From positions 151,571 to 215,570 of the forward strand of contig CAVPLQ010000003.1 in the NCBI GenBank assembly GCA_963706125.1: a DNA stretch of 64,000 nt, in the 5' to 3' direction. Shown here one piece after another: positions 10,449 through 20,456 of the stretch (position 1 is its first letter; the number at the start of each line of letters is the position of its first letter). Under the pieces are notes generated by a model. The model was not told the DNA's origin and ran no database searches. It saw only the letters and a list, made by a program, of their open reading frames with translations. The DNA comes from an uncultured Flavobacteriales bacterium. GTDB taxonomy: Bacteria > Bacteroidota > Bacteroidia > Flavobacteriales_F > PHOS-HE28. The position numbers and the translations under genes are program-made.

Positions 10449-11096
10449 TCAGATCTTCACTTGGAACCCGATCTGAAGCTGCACGCCTGAGGTCTTCAGC
10501 GTGGCGGAATAATCCACAAGGTCAAAAATGGGGTCCCCCGGATCACGATCCCGCCAACGGAGGTTGTTCGTAGTGTATTTCAGCCCGACGTTCATACCGA
10601 ACACGGAGCCAAAAAAGAACTGCGAGGTCGCACCGATGCGGACATGCTCGCCACCATACCGGTCATTGTAGCGGTTCGTCCCGTTGACCACATCGCCGAT
10701 CCGGAGGTAGCTGAGCCCGAGATCGGCATTGAAGTAGAGGGCGAAGCGGTCCTTGTTCACCAAGTAGTAGCGCGGCGATAGGCTTATGAGGAACAGTTTG
10801 TTGGGGTGGGTGCCGGCGGAATCGAGATAGCTGCCCGGCTCGAAACAAAGACCGATACTGAAGCGGTCCGCCAAGCCATATTGCGCTTCAATAGGTACGG
10901 TCACGGTGACGGCGCCGTCCCGATGGTCCTCCTGCTTGGAGAAGCCCGTATAGGAGACCTCGTTCGTGAAATGCGTGGCATGCACGCCTAGGCTTGCCCC
11001 GATGCCGAACTGAAGGACACCCTTGGCGTTCACTTGGGCCGAAGTGCTGGTAATAAGCGCTATGGTGGCCAATGAAAAAATCGTTCGTTTCAACAT
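10449..11096 (-). CDS. Outer-membrane beta-barrel protein, porin-like, with a signal peptide
   Basis: Signal peptide MLKRTIFSLATIALITSTSAQ at the internal Met. The sequence alternates hydrophobic residues in a beta-strand pattern and ends in an aromatic residue-x-hydrophobic tail, IGFQVKI. The 5' extension in the track overlaps the divergent GNAT gene. Confidence 0.6.
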   Translation of the reverse strand: MLKRTIFSLATIALITSTSAQVNAKGVLQFGIGASLGVHATHFTNEVSYTGFSKQEDHRDGAVTVTVPIEAQYGLADRFSIGLCFEPGSYLDSAGTHPNKLFLISLSPRYYLVNKDRFALYFNADLGLSYLRIGDVVNGTNRYNDRYGGEHVRIGATSQFFFGSVFGMNVGLKYTTNNLRWRDRDPGDPIFDLVDYSATLKTSGVQLQIGFQVKI

Positions 11097-11150
11097 GGGC
11101 GGGTCGATGATGGCGCCAAGGTAGATCGTGCGCGGAACTATCTTGGCGGC

Positions 11151-12008
11151 ATGCAGGACCATGAGCTGAGGCCGGTACATGTGGATGATGCTACCATCGC
11201 CAAGATGACGGGCCTGTTGCGGGCGGTCTTTCCGGGATCGGACCATTTCACGGAGGAGGTGCTGCGCTGGCAGTACAAGGACAACCCGGACGGCACCGCG
11301 GTCGGATTCAACGCTTGGCATGGCGAGGAACTGGCCGGCCATTATGTAACGATCCCTATGAAGGCCATGGTGGACGGGACCTTGGAAAAAGGCCTGCTTT
11401 CACTGAACACCGCCACGCATCCATCGCATCAAGGCAAGGGCCTTTTCACCAAGCTGGCCAAGGCGACATACACGCGCGCAGCGGAGGAAGGATACAGCTT
11501 CGTCACTGGCGTGGCCAATGCCAACAGCACGCACGGCTTCACGAAAAAGCTGGGCTTCGAGCTTGTTTCACCACTTCGGGCAATGATCGGTATCGGGGCG
11601 CTGCCGCTCGGGGAGCGCACCCCGGACGTGCAATTCGCACATGCCTGGGACCCCGCTTCTGTCGCGTGGCGGCTCCAACACCCGGCCTATCGATATTCCA
11701 TAAAAAAGGAACGCGGTCATGGACTGGTCCTTTCCCAACGCAGACAGTATGGCGCCCGCTATGTACTTGGAGTGCGGGACCTACCGCTTCCCGATGCATC
11801 GGTCCCCATGGAGAAGGGCAGCATTCACCGGAAGATCTGGATCGGGCTGGACCCCGCGATGCGCTGGGCTGGTGCAGCTTATCTGAACATCCCCTTGCGT
11901 TTCCGCCCCTCCCCGCTCAACTTGATATTCAAGGACCTCACGGGACAGGGCCGTGTTTTGGATCCCGCACGCGTGCGCTTCGATGCCATGGACTTCGATA
12001 TCCTGTGA
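11151..12008 (+). CDS. GNAT-family N-acetyltransferase
   Basis: It has an acetyl-CoA-binding-like Q/HxxGxG motif, HQGKGLFTKLAKA, and a GNAT fold pattern. Confidence 0.55.
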   Translation: MQDHELRPVHVDDATIAKMTGLLRAVFPGSDHFTEEVLRWQYKDNPDGTAVGFNAWHGEELAGHYVTIPMKAMVDGTLEKGLLSLNTATHPSHQGKGLFTKLAKATYTRAAEEGYSFVTGVANANSTHGFTKKLGFELVSPLRAMIGIGALPLGERTPDVQFAHAWDPASVAWRLQHPAYRYSIKKERGHGLVLSQRRQYGARYVLGVRDLPLPDASVPMEKGSIHRKIWIGLDPAMRWAGAAYLNIPLRFRPSPLNLIFKDLTGQGRVLDPARVRFDAMDFDIL

Positions 12009-12504
12009 GGCTCGGTCGGTCCGATCAAGGTGCATCCTCGGAAGCCCATCCATGATCCCGCCCCCTTCCTTTTGTTGCGTTATTTTTAGAACCTGTCTAT
12101 ATTTAGCCCCGCATCCCTGCAAGGATCACGTTGCCCTATGGAACAGAACGATAAGAAGGAGCCGGACACTGACCGCTCTTATACCGCCGAAAGCGGTGCC
12201 GCTCATCTCAACTTCGATCCGTTGAAGGATCTGAATCTTCCCTCAAGCTATGAGGAGGTCCTTTCCCGCTTTCGCCAATTACAGGGCGAACGCGCATGGG
12301 AGGCATTGAACTGAGCGAACGCCGTTCAGCATCTTGGCCCCGGGTTCTCCGGGGCTTTTTCGTTCACCACATATCACATAAGGGCTGTTGCCGGAATTTG
12401 GAGAAGTTCCGCGGCGGAGTAATTTCAGGCTTGCTAACGGCGGTGGCCGGTGCACTTGCCGGGAGCTTCACGTTCCTTCCTTAACAGGCAAACACCCTTG
12501 TGCC

Positions 12505-14634
12505 ATGAAGACCTATGATGAGAAACACATCAAGAACGTCGTACTGCTGGGCTCTCACGGATGCGGCAAGACGACGCTGGCCGAGACCATGCTCTTCGAA
12601 GCAGGCCTCACCACGCGCCGCGGCCGCATCGAGGACAAGAACACAGTGAGCGACTTTACCGAGCTGGAGCAGGAGCGCGGCTGTAGCGTCCACGCCACCT
12701 GCCTCCACACCGAGTGGCGGAACTACAAGATCAATGTGATCGATACCCCGGGGCTGGATGACCTTGCCGGGGAGGCCGTCCCAGCGATCCGCGTGGCCGA
12801 TACCTGCGTGCTGCTGTTGAACGCGCGCAACGGCGTGGAGGTGGGCACGGACCTGATCTGGGAGCATATCTCCTCCGCCTCGCGTCCGGTGATCATGGCC
12901 GTGAACCAGTTGGACCAGCCCTTGTCCGATTTCGAGGACACGGTGGCGCAGGCTAAGGAACACTATGGGAACGCCGTCACCCTGATGCAATATCCCTTGG
13001 AGCAGGGCGAAGGCTTTCACCGCATCATCGACCTTTTGAAGATGACGATGTATGTCTTTCCCGATGACGGCGGCAAGCCCCGCAAGGAATACATCCCCGC
13101 ACAGGAGCGCGATCGTGCCGAGGCCCTGCACAAAGTGCTGGTGGAAAAAGCGGCGGAGAACGACGAGGCCTTGATGGAACACTATTTCGAGCAAGGGGAA
13201 CTGAGCGAGGACGAGATGCGCGAGGGGCTCAAGAAGGGTATGATGTCCCGAAACTGCATTCCGGTATTCTGCCTCAGTGCATTGCGCAACATGGGAAGCG
13301 GGCGGCTGATGGGCTTCATCGACAATGTGGCGCCCAGCGCGGAAGAGATGCCTGCGGCGATAACGGAAGAAGGTGTTGAGCTGCCCTGCTCGATCTGCGG
13401 CCCCACGGTGCTGTTCACCTTCAAAACGACCATCGAACCCCGGAGCGGTCGCATCACGCTGTTCAAAGTGATGAGCGGTGAGTTGAAGGAAGGTGATGAA
13501 CTGACGAACGCCAACACCGATGCCAATGAGCGGTTGAACCAATTGTTCATCCTGGAAGGCAAGGAACGGAAACCCGTGGACCGGTTGGTGGCCGGGGATA
13601 TCGGTGGGGCCATGAAATTGAAGGACACCGGCACCGGGCAGACCCTGCATGCCAAAGGCGCCGAACAAAAGCTCCCAGCCATCGGATTTCCCGAACCACG
13701 CCTGCATCGAACGGTAAAGACCACCGACCCCAAACAGGAGGAGCGGTTGCACACAGCACTATTGGAGCTGCAACAGGAGGACCCGGCGTTCACCCTGCGC
13801 TACGTCCGCGAGACGGCCGAGCAGGTCATCGGCACCTTGGGTGAGCTGCATTTGGGCGTGATCCAGTGGAAACTGGCCAAGCAGTACAAAGTGGACGTGG
13901 AGTTCGGAAGTCCGCGCGTGGCGTACCGGGAAACGATCCGGAAGCCGGCGGCGGCCATGCACCGGCACAAAAAGCAGACCGGCGGCAGTGGCCAGTTCGG
14001 CGAGGTGCATCTGCGCATCGAGCCTTGGCATGAAGGCATGGAGGAACCCACCGGCGTGAGCATCCGCGGCAAGGAGGTGATCGATCTGCCCACCGGGGGC
14101 AAGCTGATCTTCTACAACTGCATCGTGGGCGGGGTGATCGACAACCGTTTCCTGCCCAGCATCCTCAAGGGTGTGATGGAGAAGATGGAGCAAGGCCCGC
14201 TCACCGGCTCACCCGCGCGGGACATCCGCGTAGTGGTGCATGATGGCAAGATGCACCCGGTGGACAGCAACGACATCAGCTTCCGCATCGCCGGTCTGAT
14301 GGCCTTCAAGGAAGCCTTCACCCAGGCGGACCCACAGTTGATGGAACCGATACAGGAAGTGGAAGTACGCGTGCCGGAGGAGCTCATGGGCGACGTGATG
14401 ACGGACCTGCAAAGCCGGCGAAGTATCATCCTCGGGATCGAAGGCACGGGACAGATACAGGTGATCAAAGCGCAAGTGCCGGTGGCCGAGCTGGACCGGT
14501 ACAGTACACGCCTGCGGAGCCTCACACAAGGCCGGGGCAGCCATACCGAACGCTTCCTTGAGTACAGGCCCATTTCCGCAGAGCTGCAGCACAAGCTGGT
14601 ACACGGCCATCTACGGGAGGAAACACCCGCTTGA
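12505..14634 (+). CDS. Elongation factor G-family translational GTPase, EF-G paralogue
   Basis: It contains the G1 motif GSHGCGKTTL and the G3 motif DTPG, plus EF-G domains II-V. It begins at MKTYDEKHIKNVVLLG. Confidence 0.8.
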   Translation: MKTYDEKHIKNVVLLGSHGCGKTTLAETMLFEAGLTTRRGRIEDKNTVSDFTELEQERGCSVHATCLHTEWRNYKINVIDTPGLDDLAGEAVPAIRVADTCVLLLNARNGVEVGTDLIWEHISSASRPVIMAVNQLDQPLSDFEDTVAQAKEHYGNAVTLMQYPLEQGEGFHRIIDLLKMTMYVFPDDGGKPRKEYIPAQERDRAEALHKVLVEKAAENDEALMEHYFEQGELSEDEMREGLKKGMMSRNCIPVFCLSALRNMGSGRLMGFIDNVAPSAEEMPAAITEEGVELPCSICGPTVLFTFKTTIEPRSGRITLFKVMSGELKEGDELTNANTDANERLNQLFILEGKERKPVDRLVAGDIGGAMKLKDTGTGQTLHAKGAEQKLPAIGFPEPRLHRTVKTTDPKQEERLHTALLELQQEDPAFTLRYVRETAEQVIGTLGELHLGVIQWKLAKQYKVDVEFGSPRVAYRETIRKPAAAMHRHKKQTGGSGQFGEVHLRIEPWHEGMEEPTGVSIRGKEVIDLPTGGKLIFYNCIVGGVIDNRFLPSILKGVMEKMEQGPLTGSPARDIRVVVHDGKMHPVDSNDISFRIAGLMAFKEAFTQADPQLMEPIQEVEVRVPEELMGDVMTDLQSRRSIILGIEGTGQIQVIKAQVPVAELDRYSTRLRSLTQGRGSHTERFLEYRPISAELQHKLVHGHLREETPA

Positions 14635-14637
14635 TAT

Positions 14638-16494
14638 TCACCGCTCCATCACCCCTTGCGTGCCGGGGGTGATGGACATGCCGTCGTTGGAGCGGTCCAC
14701 GTCACCGAGCCTTCCGAAGGGGTCCAGTTCGATGCGTTGGATGCGCGCCAGCGGCACCGGGATGGTGAAGGAATACGTGGGGTCGGTCCATTGCCATGGA
14801 GGCAGTGTGTGCCATTCGTGCCTATCGGGCTGTTCTTTGCGCGCGCCCAGCATTAACGAGAGCGGGATGTGGAACAGCTCCAATTCGCCCTCTGCTCCTT
14901 GCACGACCACGTCCACCGGCATCAGCATGAGGTCCTTGCGCTCCAAGGTCACCGTGGTGCTGTCAGCTTGCTGCATCACGCCCTTCACCGCATAGTCCAA
15001 TTTGCGCGTGGTATTGATCCATTCGTTGAAGTACCACGCTAATTGCAGGCCGCTCTCCTTCTCCATAGCCCGCTGCACATCAATGGGCCGGGGATGTTTG
15101 AACCCGCAAGTCGCGTAGTAACGGCGCAGTCCCCGGAGCAGCGTGCTGTCGCCGATCACCGCACCGAGCTGGTCCAGGAAGAATTCGCCCTTGCTGTAAG
15201 TGTTGTCACTGTACGTCCGGTTGGTGGCGAACTGGTCCGCTTCGAGGCTCATCGGCTCATGATGCGGGGATGCCACAAGCCGCAGATAAGCGGCCATGGC
15301 ATCGGAGTGGACGCGTCCTTTTGTGTTTCCGGGAAAGAGTTCTTTCATCACTTTACTGCCCGCGTACTCCGAAAAGCCTTCATCCATCCATGGGAAGCTC
15401 AGCTCGTCACTGGCCAGCACTCCGTAATACCAGTTGTGCAGCACCTCATGCACCCCCGTGCCCACGAGGCTGCCTAAGCGCCGCTCGCCGGTGATCAAGG
15501 TGAACATGGGGTATTCCATCCCGCCATCACCACCTTGGGCAAAGGTGAAGGTGGCCCACGGGTACTTGCCGAAATTCCGGTCCATGTATTCCACCGTGCG
15601 CACCATATAGCCTGGCAACTGGCCCCAGACTTCTTCAAACTTTGGGGAGTCTTTGTAGATGAAGCGCAGCAAAGGCCCGCCGGGCACTTGGGCGGTGACG
15701 TTCTTATAGTCCGGGTCAGCGGACCAAGCAAAGTCATGGACCTTCGGGGCCTTGAAGTGCCAGGTGAGCTTACCGTCGGTACGCTTTTGCGTCTTGGTCC
15801 GCTGTGCATAGCCGTGGCCGATCTCATTCGCATTGGCCAGCACCCCGGTGGCGGCCACGGTGAATGCGCTGTCCAACGTGATCTTCACCTCGTAGTCCCC
15901 CCATTCCCCATAGAACTCGCGGCTCACATAGGGATCGGCATGCCAGCCTCGGTCATCGTATACCGCTACTTTCGGGAACCATTGCGTCATGCTATAAGCG
16001 ACCCCTTCGGCATTGTCGCGGCCACTGCGGCGGATCTGGACCGGCACCTGCCCATGAAAATCGATGCGCAATGTGGTGTGCTTCCCCGGGAGCAATGGTT
16101 TGGCGAGCGTGATGCGGAGCACCGTTCCCAGCGGTTCCAACCGTACCGCTCTCCCGTCTTGTGTAATGAGGGTGCAGGTCAGGTCGCCTAGCTCCTCCGG
16201 CGAAAGAGCAGCGATGCGTTCGCCCACCCGGGCGTCCGGATCGACGATGGTGCGCGACCTAACATCCATTTCACTGCCCGGCTTGAAAGCATTGAGATAC
16301 AGGTGGAAGAATAGCTCCCTGAGCGTGTCCGGGCTATTGTTCTCGTACCGGAGGACTTCCGTACCCGTGAAACGGTGCGACTTCACGTCCAAGTCCACGA
16401 CCAGGTCGCAAGTGATGTGTTGCTGCCATCGGTCACATTGGGCGCTTACGGAAAGCGCGACGAAAAGCGCCGCAGCGATGGAATAATTCCGCAT
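14638..16494 (-). CDS. M1-family zinc metallopeptidase (aminopeptidase N-like), secreted
   Basis: It contains HEVLHNWY...E, the HExxH-x18-E motif, and GGMEYP, a GxMEN-like motif. The signal peptide is MRNYSIAAALFVALSVSAQ. Confidence 0.8.
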   Translation of the reverse strand: MRNYSIAAALFVALSVSAQCDRWQQHITCDLVVDLDVKSHRFTGTEVLRYENNSPDTLRELFFHLYLNAFKPGSEMDVRSRTIVDPDARVGERIAALSPEELGDLTCTLITQDGRAVRLEPLGTVLRITLAKPLLPGKHTTLRIDFHGQVPVQIRRSGRDNAEGVAYSMTQWFPKVAVYDDRGWHADPYVSREFYGEWGDYEVKITLDSAFTVAATGVLANANEIGHGYAQRTKTQKRTDGKLTWHFKAPKVHDFAWSADPDYKNVTAQVPGGPLLRFIYKDSPKFEEVWGQLPGYMVRTVEYMDRNFGKYPWATFTFAQGGDGGMEYPMFTLITGERRLGSLVGTGVHEVLHNWYYGVLASDELSFPWMDEGFSEYAGSKVMKELFPGNTKGRVHSDAMAAYLRLVASPHHEPMSLEADQFATNRTYSDNTYSKGEFFLDQLGAVIGDSTLLRGLRRYYATCGFKHPRPIDVQRAMEKESGLQLAWYFNEWINTTRKLDYAVKGVMQQADSTTVTLERKDLMLMPVDVVVQGAEGELELFHIPLSLMLGARKEQPDRHEWHTLPPWQWTDPTYSFTIPVPLARIQRIELDPFGRLGDVDRSNDGMSITPGTQGVMER

Positions 16495-16614
16495 GGTCCA
16501 AAGATGGCCCCGTTCCGTATCACGGTCCGGCCCCGGCTTGTTAAGAGAGCCAACGGCGATCACATCCCGGAACAGAGGCGGAGGGGCTGACCGGCGTGTG
16601 GATAAACTCTTGGA

Positions 16615-16666
16615 AACCTGTTGGCAACCTGTGGAGAAGCCGAGGAATACCTGTTCGGAACCTGTG
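16615..16666. promoter_or_regulatory. Two direct copies of a roughly 19-bp element, wACCTGTTsGsAACCTGTG, upstream of the M1 peptidase gene
   Basis: aacctgttggcaacctgtg is followed, after a 14-bp spacer, by tacctgttcggaacctgtg. Confidence 0.3.
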
Positions 16667-16701
16667 CGTAGCCCGTTCGTCCACCGTGGACAACTTGTTG
16701 A

Positions 16702-17184
16702 TCAAGACAGAAGGCTCTGCCGGAGGGCGAACTCCAATTGCCGATTGGATTCGATCAACTTCTTCGTGAAAGCGGCGCGCTCAAGTTCGGCCTTGTGATC
16801 GGCCCAAGCGGACATCACGGCCGTGCGGACCTCCTCGGCCTCCCAAGGCTTTTGGATGTAGTGGCACACCCCGGCCTGATTGAGCGCATCCACCAATGCC
16901 TGCAGGTCGGCATGGGCGGTTATCAACATCCGCCTCACCTGTGGGAACCGTTCCTTGATCTGGCGCAACGCCTCACAACCCACCACACCGGGCATACGCT
17001 GATCGCAGATCACCACATGGACCTCGTGCTGCTGTAATATGGGCCAAGCCTCAGGCAGGTCGGCCGCCACCAATACGTTGAAAGTGTTGCGGAACGCCGC
17101 CTTGAAGGTTTGCCTGTTAGCAGCCTCATCGTCGATATAGAGCACGGTGGGGAGCAGGGTTTGGGAACGGTGGATCTGATGCAT
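16702..17184 (-). CDS. Stand-alone response-regulator receiver (CheY-like) protein. Only a short helical C-terminal tail follows the receiver domain, and there is no DNA-binding output.
   Basis: LYIDDE...D(Q)RMPG...KPW are the conserved receiver positions (acidic pocket, phospho-Asp, Thr/Lys). Confidence 0.75.
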   Translation of the reverse strand: MHQIHRSQTLLPTVLYIDDEAANRQTFKAAFRNTFNVLVAADLPEAWPILQQHEVHVVICDQRMPGVVGCEALRQIKERFPQVRRMLITAHADLQALVDALNQAGVCHYIQKPWEAEEVRTAVMSAWADHKAELERAAFTKKLIESNRQLEFALRQSLLS

Positions 17185-17234
17185 GCTGTAGGGGGTTGAT
17201 CGTCAGCCTCCATACGTTGCTTGTCGAAAAAAAG

Positions 17235-17266
17235 TTATCAACGATCCGATCTTTTTTTGTTGATAA
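17235..17266. promoter_or_regulatory. Perfect 8-bp inverted repeat, TTATCAAC-N16-GTTGATAA, in the divergent promoter region. It is a candidate operator.
   Basis: The sequence is gttatcaacgatccgatctttttttgttgataagg. It lies between the response-regulator start at 17184 and the E1-nitroreductase start at 17325. Confidence 0.35.
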
Positions 17267-17324
17267 GGTCCGCCATGCTACATTCGACCCCTATTCATCG
17301 TCATTCACAGCCAGTTATTGCTCT

Positions 17325-19643
17325 ATGGACAACACGTTGGAAACCTTACTGGCCGCCGGTACCGTTCCCGGCACGGACGAATACCGTCCCACGTTCTATC
17401 GGCTTCCTGCCGACGAGGCGGCCTTGAAGAACCTCCTCAAAAGCAGGCCCGGCATCCGGGTATCGGACCACATACTGGCACAGGTACGCGAACTGGTGAA
17501 GTCACTTGCTCCGAGCACGCAGTTCACTAATGATTCACTCGATGAAGCTGTAAACAAGCACCTGTCAGGCAGGAAGTTGATCAACTATGGCTCATGGGTC
17601 TTCTATCCATGGAGCGACCGCTTGGTACACGTGCTTGATGAGGAGGAGTTCAGCGTGGTGCGCACCGACAGGAACCGTAACAAGATCACCCGCGAAGAGC
17701 AGGCCGTGCTCGCCACGAAGAAGATCGGCGTCATCGGCTTGTCCGTAGGGCAATCCGTTAGCGTGACCATGGCCCTGGAACGCTGTTTCGGCGAGATCCG
17801 GCTGGCGGACTTTGACACCTTGGACCTCAGTAACTTGAACCGCATCCGGTCCGGCACCCACTCCTTGGGCTTGAACAAGACCATTGTAACCGCCCGAGAG
17901 ATCGCAGAGCTGGACCCTTACCTGAAGGTGATCTGCTTTACGGACGGCCTCACCAAGGAGAACATGGACGCCTTCTTCACCAAAGATGGAAAATTGGACA
18001 TATTGGTGGAGGAATGCGACAGTGTGGACATCAAGATCCTGGCCCGGCAAAAAGCCAAGTCACTGGGCATTCCGGTGGTGATGGACATGAGCGACCGCGG
18101 CTGCTTGGACGTGGAACGTTTCGATCTGGAGCCCGAACGGCCCCTGATGCATGGCTGGATCGACCATCTCGACCTGGAAGCGGCCACCCTCCCCATGACA
18201 GCGGAGGAAAAAGTGCCCTACATGCTGCCCATTTCGGGCGTGGACACGCTAAGCCCCCGGATGAAAGCCTCGGTGATCGAACTGGGCCATACCGTGAGCA
18301 CCTGGCCGCAGCTTGCCACCTCGGTGGTGTTAGGCGGCGCCTTGGCCGGGGATACCGTAAGGCGCATCGCGCTCGACCAGTTCCACGCCTCGGGCCGTTG
18401 GTTCGTCGACTTAGAGGAAATAGTGGCCGATCCGCCGGCACCTGCCTCTCCAGCCCCATCCGTACCACCAGCGTTCGAGCTCCTTTCCTCCGACATCGAG
18501 GCCATGGACGAACACCTGGGCCATGCCCCTTCCGATGCGCTTGATCTTGATCAGGAAATGGTCGAGCAGCTTGTAGTGGCAGGTGGCATGGCACCGAGCG
18601 CGGGCAACATGCAGCCTTGGAAATTCATTTGGAGCCAAAAACGCTTGCTGCTTTTCCATGACGAGAGCCGCTCGTATTCCCAACTAGATCCGGACCATCA
18701 GATCGCGGATGTTTCATTGGGAGCTTGTATTGAGAACATCGTTTTGAAGGCCCATGAACTGGGGTTAGAGGTACGGTCCACGCTTTCCCCGGACAAGAAC
18801 ACACCGTCGCTAACCGCCATGTTCGACTTCCTTGGTTCACCCGCCAAGGGCACGGAACCCCATGTGGTGGATGATCTGGCCCCCATGATCGCAAAACGAT
18901 GTACCAATCGCAAATTCGCCCTGCCGCAGCCCTTGCCGGAAGGAGCTGTTGAACGCATGGTTAAAGCGGTCCTGACGATGCCCGGATGCACTGCCGACCT
19001 GCTTGACAGCCGTGAGTCGCTTTCCAGATTAGCCGACCTGTGCGGTGCGGCCGAACGGATACGGGCGGTCAATCCCATCGGCCACCGGGAATTCTTTGGG
19101 CATGAGGTGCGCTGGACGGAGGAAGAGGCTAAGCGGACCAAGGACGGTCTGGACTTGGCCACGATGGAACTTCGCCCGGTCGACCTGGCGGGAATGCAAG
19201 TGGCTTCCGACCCACGCGCGATCGAGCTGATCGATCAATGGCGGGGAGGTAAGGGGTTCGAGGGGATCTCAGCACCGGCGATCCGCATGTCTTCCGCAGC
19301 GGCATTGATAAGCGTCACGGACAATACCAAACAGGGGCGCCTGAACGGAGGTCGTGCGATGGAGCGGCTATGGATGAGGGCCAATGCCGAAGGACTCTCC
19401 GTCCACCCGGTCGCGGCCCCCATCTTCCTTACGCAGATGTTGCCATACGACCTAAAAGCATTTAGGGACCATGAGCGTGCCGAGCTGGAGCAGATCCGAG
19501 ACAACTTCAACACCCTTTGGGGCCTTATCGGTCGGCATCCGTTGTTCCTGGTCAGATTGACCCCCGGTAGCGAACCCAGCGCACGCTCCTTGCGCCTTGA
19601 CCTCCAGGACCTATTCCTCCAAACTCCGATAACCGCGTCCTAG
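17325..19643 (+). CDS. E1-like (ThiF/MoeB/HesA) adenylyltransferase domain fused to a tandem nitroreductase-fold (SagB/McbC-like) module. The architecture resembles MoeY/Rv1355c.
   Basis: The ThiF signature is KKIGVIGLSVGQS...LADFDTLDLSNLNRI. The nitroreductase signatures are GMAPSAGNMQPWKF, a second half-domain beginning KRCTNRKFA, and ...VHPVAAPIF. The start was chosen at the ATG 141 bp from the divergent receiver gene. Confidence 0.7.
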   Translation: MDNTLETLLAAGTVPGTDEYRPTFYRLPADEAALKNLLKSRPGIRVSDHILAQVRELVKSLAPSTQFTNDSLDEAVNKHLSGRKLINYGSWVFYPWSDRLVHVLDEEEFSVVRTDRNRNKITREEQAVLATKKIGVIGLSVGQSVSVTMALERCFGEIRLADFDTLDLSNLNRIRSGTHSLGLNKTIVTAREIAELDPYLKVICFTDGLTKENMDAFFTKDGKLDILVEECDSVDIKILARQKAKSLGIPVVMDMSDRGCLDVERFDLEPERPLMHGWIDHLDLEAATLPMTAEEKVPYMLPISGVDTLSPRMKASVIELGHTVSTWPQLATSVVLGGALAGDTVRRIALDQFHASGRWFVDLEEIVADPPAPASPAPSVPPAFELLSSDIEAMDEHLGHAPSDALDLDQEMVEQLVVAGGMAPSAGNMQPWKFIWSQKRLLLFHDESRSYSQLDPDHQIADVSLGACIENIVLKAHELGLEVRSTLSPDKNTPSLTAMFDFLGSPAKGTEPHVVDDLAPMIAKRCTNRKFALPQPLPEGAVERMVKAVLTMPGCTADLLDSRESLSRLADLCGAAERIRAVNPIGHREFFGHEVRWTEEEAKRTKDGLDLATMELRPVDLAGMQVASDPRAIELIDQWRGGKGFEGISAPAIRMSSAAALISVTDNTKQGRLNGGRAMERLWMRANAEGLSVHPVAAPIFLTQMLPYDLKAFRDHERAELEQIRDNFNTLWGLIGRHPLFLVRLTPGSEPSARSLRLDLQDLFLQTPITAS

Positions 19644-19666
19644 CTCCGCAGCTCAAACCAGATCAG

Positions 19667-20425
19667 ATGGAACAGGTAACACTCATCAGCTTCAGGGCTC
19701 CGCAAGAACCTGCGCTTTGCGAAGAATTCAAGACAGAGCATGCCAAGGTCTTGGAGGACTTCGGCATATTGAATGTAACAAAATGCAGTGGTGAATGGCA
19801 TTTGGACAATGATTGCCATGTTATCGTCGCCGTGCATCCCCAGCTTGGAATGGTCGGAGGCATTCGCTTGCAATTGGACCACGAGGGTTTTAAATTACCC
19901 ATGGAAGTTGCCGTGGGGGGACAGGATGCACGCGTGGGCGAGTTCCTGAGCAATATCCGCGAATTAGGGAATGGCGAAGTCTGTGGCCTCTGGAATGCGA
20001 GTCGCTACGCCAACATGGGCGTCCCGGTACTTTTAAGCCAAGCTGTCACCGCGATCTCATTGCAAGCCGGCATGAAGCGCATGGTCTGCTTGGTGGCGCC
20101 CTATACCAAGCGACACCCAAGCAACAATGGGTTCGTCCTGGTGGAAGAGGTTGGCGAGAAAGGTGTTTTTGCATATCCTCGCCCCGATTTCAAAGGAATA
20201 GTCATGCTCAATCCGGACACCCATTTGCTCAGTTATGCACATCCCTTGCAACGGGCGGTCCTGATGAGCCTTCGGGTACGTCCGGTCCAGACCCGGATCG
20301 AGCAACCTGGCCGCGCACCGCTGGAAGTGCACTATCAACTTCAGGTAAATTCCGACCAAGGCCAAGCCGAGGCCTATCAGTATATCCTAGAGGACCACCG
20401 CAGATACCTCGGTCGGGTCGCGTAA
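19667..20425 (+). CDS. GNAT-fold N-acyltransferase resembling the autoinducer-synthase (LuxI) / N-acyl-amino-acid-synthase superfamily. This is a tentative call.
   Basis: The motif pattern is HAKVLEDFGIL...GEWHLDNDCHVIVAV...GMVGGIRLQL (RxxVF...ExDxyD...GxvGxxRL), with a later WNASRYA that resembles the SRFAV-like motif. It sits 24 bp after the E1-nitroreductase gene on the same strand. Confidence 0.4.
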   Translation: MEQVTLISFRAPQEPALCEEFKTEHAKVLEDFGILNVTKCSGEWHLDNDCHVIVAVHPQLGMVGGIRLQLDHEGFKLPMEVAVGGQDARVGEFLSNIRELGNGEVCGLWNASRYANMGVPVLLSQAVTAISLQAGMKRMVCLVAPYTKRHPSNNGFVLVEEVGEKGVFAYPRPDFKGIVMLNPDTHLLSYAHPLQRAVLMSLRVRPVQTRIEQPGRAPLEVHYQLQVNSDQGQAEAYQYILEDHRRYLGRVA

Positions 20426-20456
20426 CCCGAAGGCTGCCTTGCCGTAGTAAGGTGCC

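Noticed and set aside
12481-13752. A 423-aa minus-strand ORF opposite the EF-G paralogue
   Set aside because: It is the antisense of a highly conserved GTPase gene and has low-complexity composition.
19667-20425. Calling the 252-aa protein a bona fide LuxI-type AHL synthase
   Set aside because: Only the motif spacing is similar, and Bacteroidota rarely encode LuxI. It was kept as a tentative N-acyltransferase until HMM or structure evidence is available.
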